In this document: piece after piece, positions 62,301 through 64,000 of the stretch
Numbering within the stretch: the first letter of the stretch is position 1
Layout: each line of letters starts with the position of its first letter
Assembly (NCBI GenBank): GCA_963842975.1
Contig: CAWJIH010000007.1
Location: 109 to 64,108 of the forward strand
Direction: 5' to 3'
Source of the DNA: an uncultured Actinomycetes bacterium
Lineage (GTDB): Bacteria; Actinomycetota; Actinomycetes; S36-B12; UBA10799
DNA length: 64,000 bases
Notes under the pieces: generated by a model
The model's database searches: none
Seen by the model: the letters and a program-made list of their open reading frames with translations, nothing else
Told to the model about the DNA's origin: nothing
Program-made: the position numbers and the translations under genes

Positions 62301-62417
62301 CCGCTTCAGGAAACCTTCGCTAGCCCACGACTTGGCTACGGCCAGACCCTCTTCGCCGTGTACCCCACTGGGCAGCAGGACGAGGGAGAGGCTGCCCTGC
62401 GGTTGTTGCCCACTCAT
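59310..62417 (-). CDS. Large membrane-anchored coiled-coil protein (1035 aa)
   Basis: Long ORF with two central TM helices, coiled coils and an AEPA linker; 15 nt downstream of the next gene. Confidence 0.8.
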   Translation of the reverse strand: MSGQQPQGSLSLVLLPSGVHGEEGLAVAKSWASEGFLKRALWVPTENVQPSTYGGVQARGVLLDRGQAAEVDAFAMLSRARLRTLTVVILQVSDPDQPVDTAQLAAAELLVPALRRARPEALVPADASNPVTVLLVNLLTGPTGMSGVPYESVASRAYHANLIASPEDRRAADQMDRFVRPGDNLVNWAMAQCAIVGGLWSGMPEGPVQVLRETTEDSSMSQSDFVQPIRGYARIVASAPTARRVLATAMAELRFEDKNALMAKDIVPVSDPSLHLDRTLEALDTVDGGRIFYATPAALPEPGSDRHGLFAALGGFLKFSGREIVAVPSFLFRRTLARVGAKTTKIMSGEGGHMEVHVFGEAPEVARFTEAFERQSIEAERSLDAVEGGVPPAAPELWRVLRATIFGLLDGSPIPDPVPTPVVAGQRIVMPSTTLVVPPPNPWAPTSEELNDLAGQLGIDSLIVPSVASWRAEWLRDQLTEAWEREQQRLEALEVARAEALTGGTATTTVMPASDTQAQESPEVAAEPAAEVAAEPAAEPAAEPAAEPVAEAAEPAAEVAAPRPVTATRLTQIEADIEAHKQQAATYRREQDHLVAWVRNRENSLMWRLANRVQTRTIEAREDAERFREVALSVPEVDAEELRRARNQFANRFLTIVGVSLFLSMVLWLLAGPLSTVIALPMLPISLIVGAVIAIWLVVVLLKYYRRRSRFLAQARLLLHQQRDAVRQCREAMTAERRLAGLYEQLVDWGEILGYAVHDPWQPRDAWFSGRPAADLQATLPSCVDVAVPDPDDEAGFSRLKSAAMRSLAGAGWRSRAFNVLLERFLERQHAEDTSAVVHQLDMDSPATPNGYRNLMLTLLREDQLQPAAAEHVLRSKAADIYANQDTLVHHALVPINSEYAAEATDLLDEGADLEFMRPEWGDFLAGALNGTTQFSVNLWSDEGQAANRARQQMHTLTYAPPRMSHNLQTPTQSVIQTLAADMNRGVDLSARCDFGPQVEKKHLRLFTGSKPDILWPPPIPDQVATTAHDVDMYN
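60737..60853. repeat. 12-bp coding tandem repeat (AEPA/AEVA linker)
   Basis: GGCTCGGCYGCC-type units encoding PAAEVAAEPAAEPAAEPAAEP. Confidence 0.9.
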
Positions 62418-62432
62418 GCTGACGTGCCGTCC

Positions 62433-64000
62433 CTAGTTGAAGTCGTCAATTGAGGCCTGCAAGCTGCGCACCGATTCGATGCCACCTTCCAACTCGGTGA
62501 ACGCGGCCAAGATGTCGTCGCGCATTTCGTAGGCACGAGGAGCTCGGAAGGGGTCGCCGTTGTTCTCCGTCTTCGCGAACACGTTTTCGTAGGACGACCG
62601 CCACCTCTTGATCCGTTCCAGAGCATGGTCGCGGCGTTCTTCGATGGTGGTCCACGGACCTTCGACCGTTGGGGCGCTGGGCTCGGTCGTGCCGTTGGCC
62701 AACCAGTCGCGCAGGGTGCGGTTGAGGGTGTAGTCGCCCATGGCATCGGATTCCCCGGAACCGCCCAACTCGCGCAGACACCGGTAGGCCGCCATCGGAG
62801 CGACATCGCCTTGGGTGGCGCAATCAAGCCAAGCCAGCGGAATCGATTTCAATGCCGCTGGCAGGTACTCGTACCCGAGCGACACGTCCGGCTGGAGTAA
62901 CGGATACGGGAAGTTGACGGTGTCCCGAGCCTGCGGGTCGTAGATCGACCAGGGCTCGGCATGGCCGAGTTCGAGTCGGTTGAGCAGCGATGCTGTGAAC
63001 CAGCCACGCACCATGGCGCGTCGCACTTCGGGTGCCAACGGGATGAACTCGGGCAGCGACCTGGCCCGACGCCAGCGCCAGAAACTACTGCGGCCGGTGG
63101 CATCCAGCTTCACGCTCGCCCACTCTTCCGAGATTGGCCGCATCAGCGACTCGAACACCACTGGGTGCAGCGTCGCCGGCAACGCAGTGAAGATGTCGAT
63201 GGCTCCCACCGGAGCTTCTTTGAAGGTGAAATCTGTCGGGTCCAGACCGGCGTTGTGCATCACCCGATGCGTCGCCTCGCGCGCCTCGGATTTGCCCGGG
63301 AAGGGGATTGTGCTGAAGATGAAAAGTGGCTCCACCTCCTTCTGTTTGTGCACTTGGGAAAGCATCCGCTTGTCGATCGCGGCCAGCGGTGCGGCAGCGC
63401 CAATCGCGCCGGTCAGTTGCCCCTCGTAGCGGCGGAGGCGATCGGCAGCCACCTCAGGTTCGACATCCGAATCGGTGAGGTAGTCCACCAACGAGTCCGC
63501 GAGATGGCGGCCCATCGCCCGGGTTCGATCCGTTGCCCATTCGTTCGCTCGGGTGAGCAGGTCAGTCCCACGCAGGTTCACCACGAACTGGGCGCGTTGT
63601 GGTGACTGGGCCGCTGCGCGCAGTTCGGCCTTCGCGGGTTGCCACGTGCGGTGCGCCCGAATCAGGTTCTGGTCGGTGCCGCCGATCTCGACGGTGCCGG
63701 TGATGATCTGGCTCACCGCCTCCCGTTGGGCATCGCCTGGCGGAAGATCTCCCGGAACGCTGCGGGCCACCAGCGACCTGCGGGTGTCTGGGTAGGTTTC
63801 AGGTTGCTCCAGCAGGAACTCGTTCGGCGAAGGCTTGAGGCGACTGGGCACGTCGTCGTCCATGGGCCAAAGTGAGATCTCGGACGGCACCGCACCCTGG
63901 GGGGCCTCGTCCTCCTGCAGCCGTTGCCCGGCTCCAGTCACGGCAGCAGCCAGCGGCTCAAGGAAGTTCGCGGAAAGGTCGACCAGTAGTTCGCTGGCCA
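62433..64000 (-). CDS. C-terminal part of a large protein, probably the actinobacterial tubulin-like-domain family; runs off the window
   Basis: Frame open to 64000. FWRWRRARSLPEFIP...AMVRGWF recalls that family's C-terminus; the GTPase domain is not in the window. Confidence 0.5.
   Translation of the reverse strand, partial: ASELLVDLSANFLEPLAAAVTGAGQRLQEDEAPQGAVPSEISLWPMDDDVPSRLKPSPNEFLLEQPETYPDTRRSLVARSVPGDLPPGDAQREAVSQIITGTVEIGGTDQNLIRAHRTWQPAKAELRAAAQSPQRAQFVVNLRGTDLLTRANEWATDRTRAMGRHLADSLVDYLTDSDVEPEVAADRLRRYEGQLTGAIGAAAPLAAIDKRMLSQVHKQKEVEPLFIFSTIPFPGKSEAREATHRVMHNAGLDPTDFTFKEAPVGAIDIFTALPATLHPVVFESLMRPISEEWASVKLDATGRSSFWRWRRARSLPEFIPLAPEVRRAMVRGWFTASLLNRLELGHAEPWSIYDPQARDTVNFPYPLLQPDVSLGYEYLPAALKSIPLAWLDCATQGDVAPMAAYRCLRELGGSGESDAMGDYTLNRTLRDWLANGTTEPSAPTVEGPWTTIEERRDHALERIKRWRSSYENVFAKTENNGDPFRAPRAYEMRDDILAAFTELEGGIESVRSLQASIDDFN

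Noticed and set aside
60639-62453. 604-aa plus-strand ORF
   Set aside because: Antisense shadow of the 1035-aa gene; Arg/Gly-rich composition typical of high-GC reverse frames.

Overview
GC-rich actinobacterial-type DNA. Most of the window (about 2.5-54 kb) is a defence and accessory island. Many otherwise intact genes carry single-base frameshifts, often at homopolymer runs, so sequencing indels are likely mixed with real decay. Core contents: (i) a split STAND-ATPase/TPR gene. (ii) A 12.6-19.5 kb locus: a putative winged-helix gene, a MORC/GHKL ATPase and a sigma70-region-4-like HTH protein, divergent from a HEPN-coiled-coil protein. The HTH and HEPN proteins share an unrecognised ~85-aa domain (three copies), which is the best candidate for an undescribed system. 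(iii) A DGQHR / Eco57I-like methylase / PLD-SNF2 helicase / GmrSD operon, divergent from a second GHKL ATPase. (iv) An OB-fold/coiled-coil/RelE-like protein and a PLD-helicase-DUF3427 protein. (v) A toxin-antitoxin graveyard. A divergent MNT-like/HEPN pair recurs four times in the window (three here) and lacks both the MntA catalytic motif and the HepT AMPylation tyrosine. (vi) Two divergent lasso-cyclase-like genes flanking a candidate precursor peptide. The right end holds ordinary metabolic genes and part of a probable tubulin-like-protein cluster. IS3 and IS256 remnants are present. No tRNA, rRNA or CRISPR array was found. All family assignments come from motif recognition by eye, not from searches.
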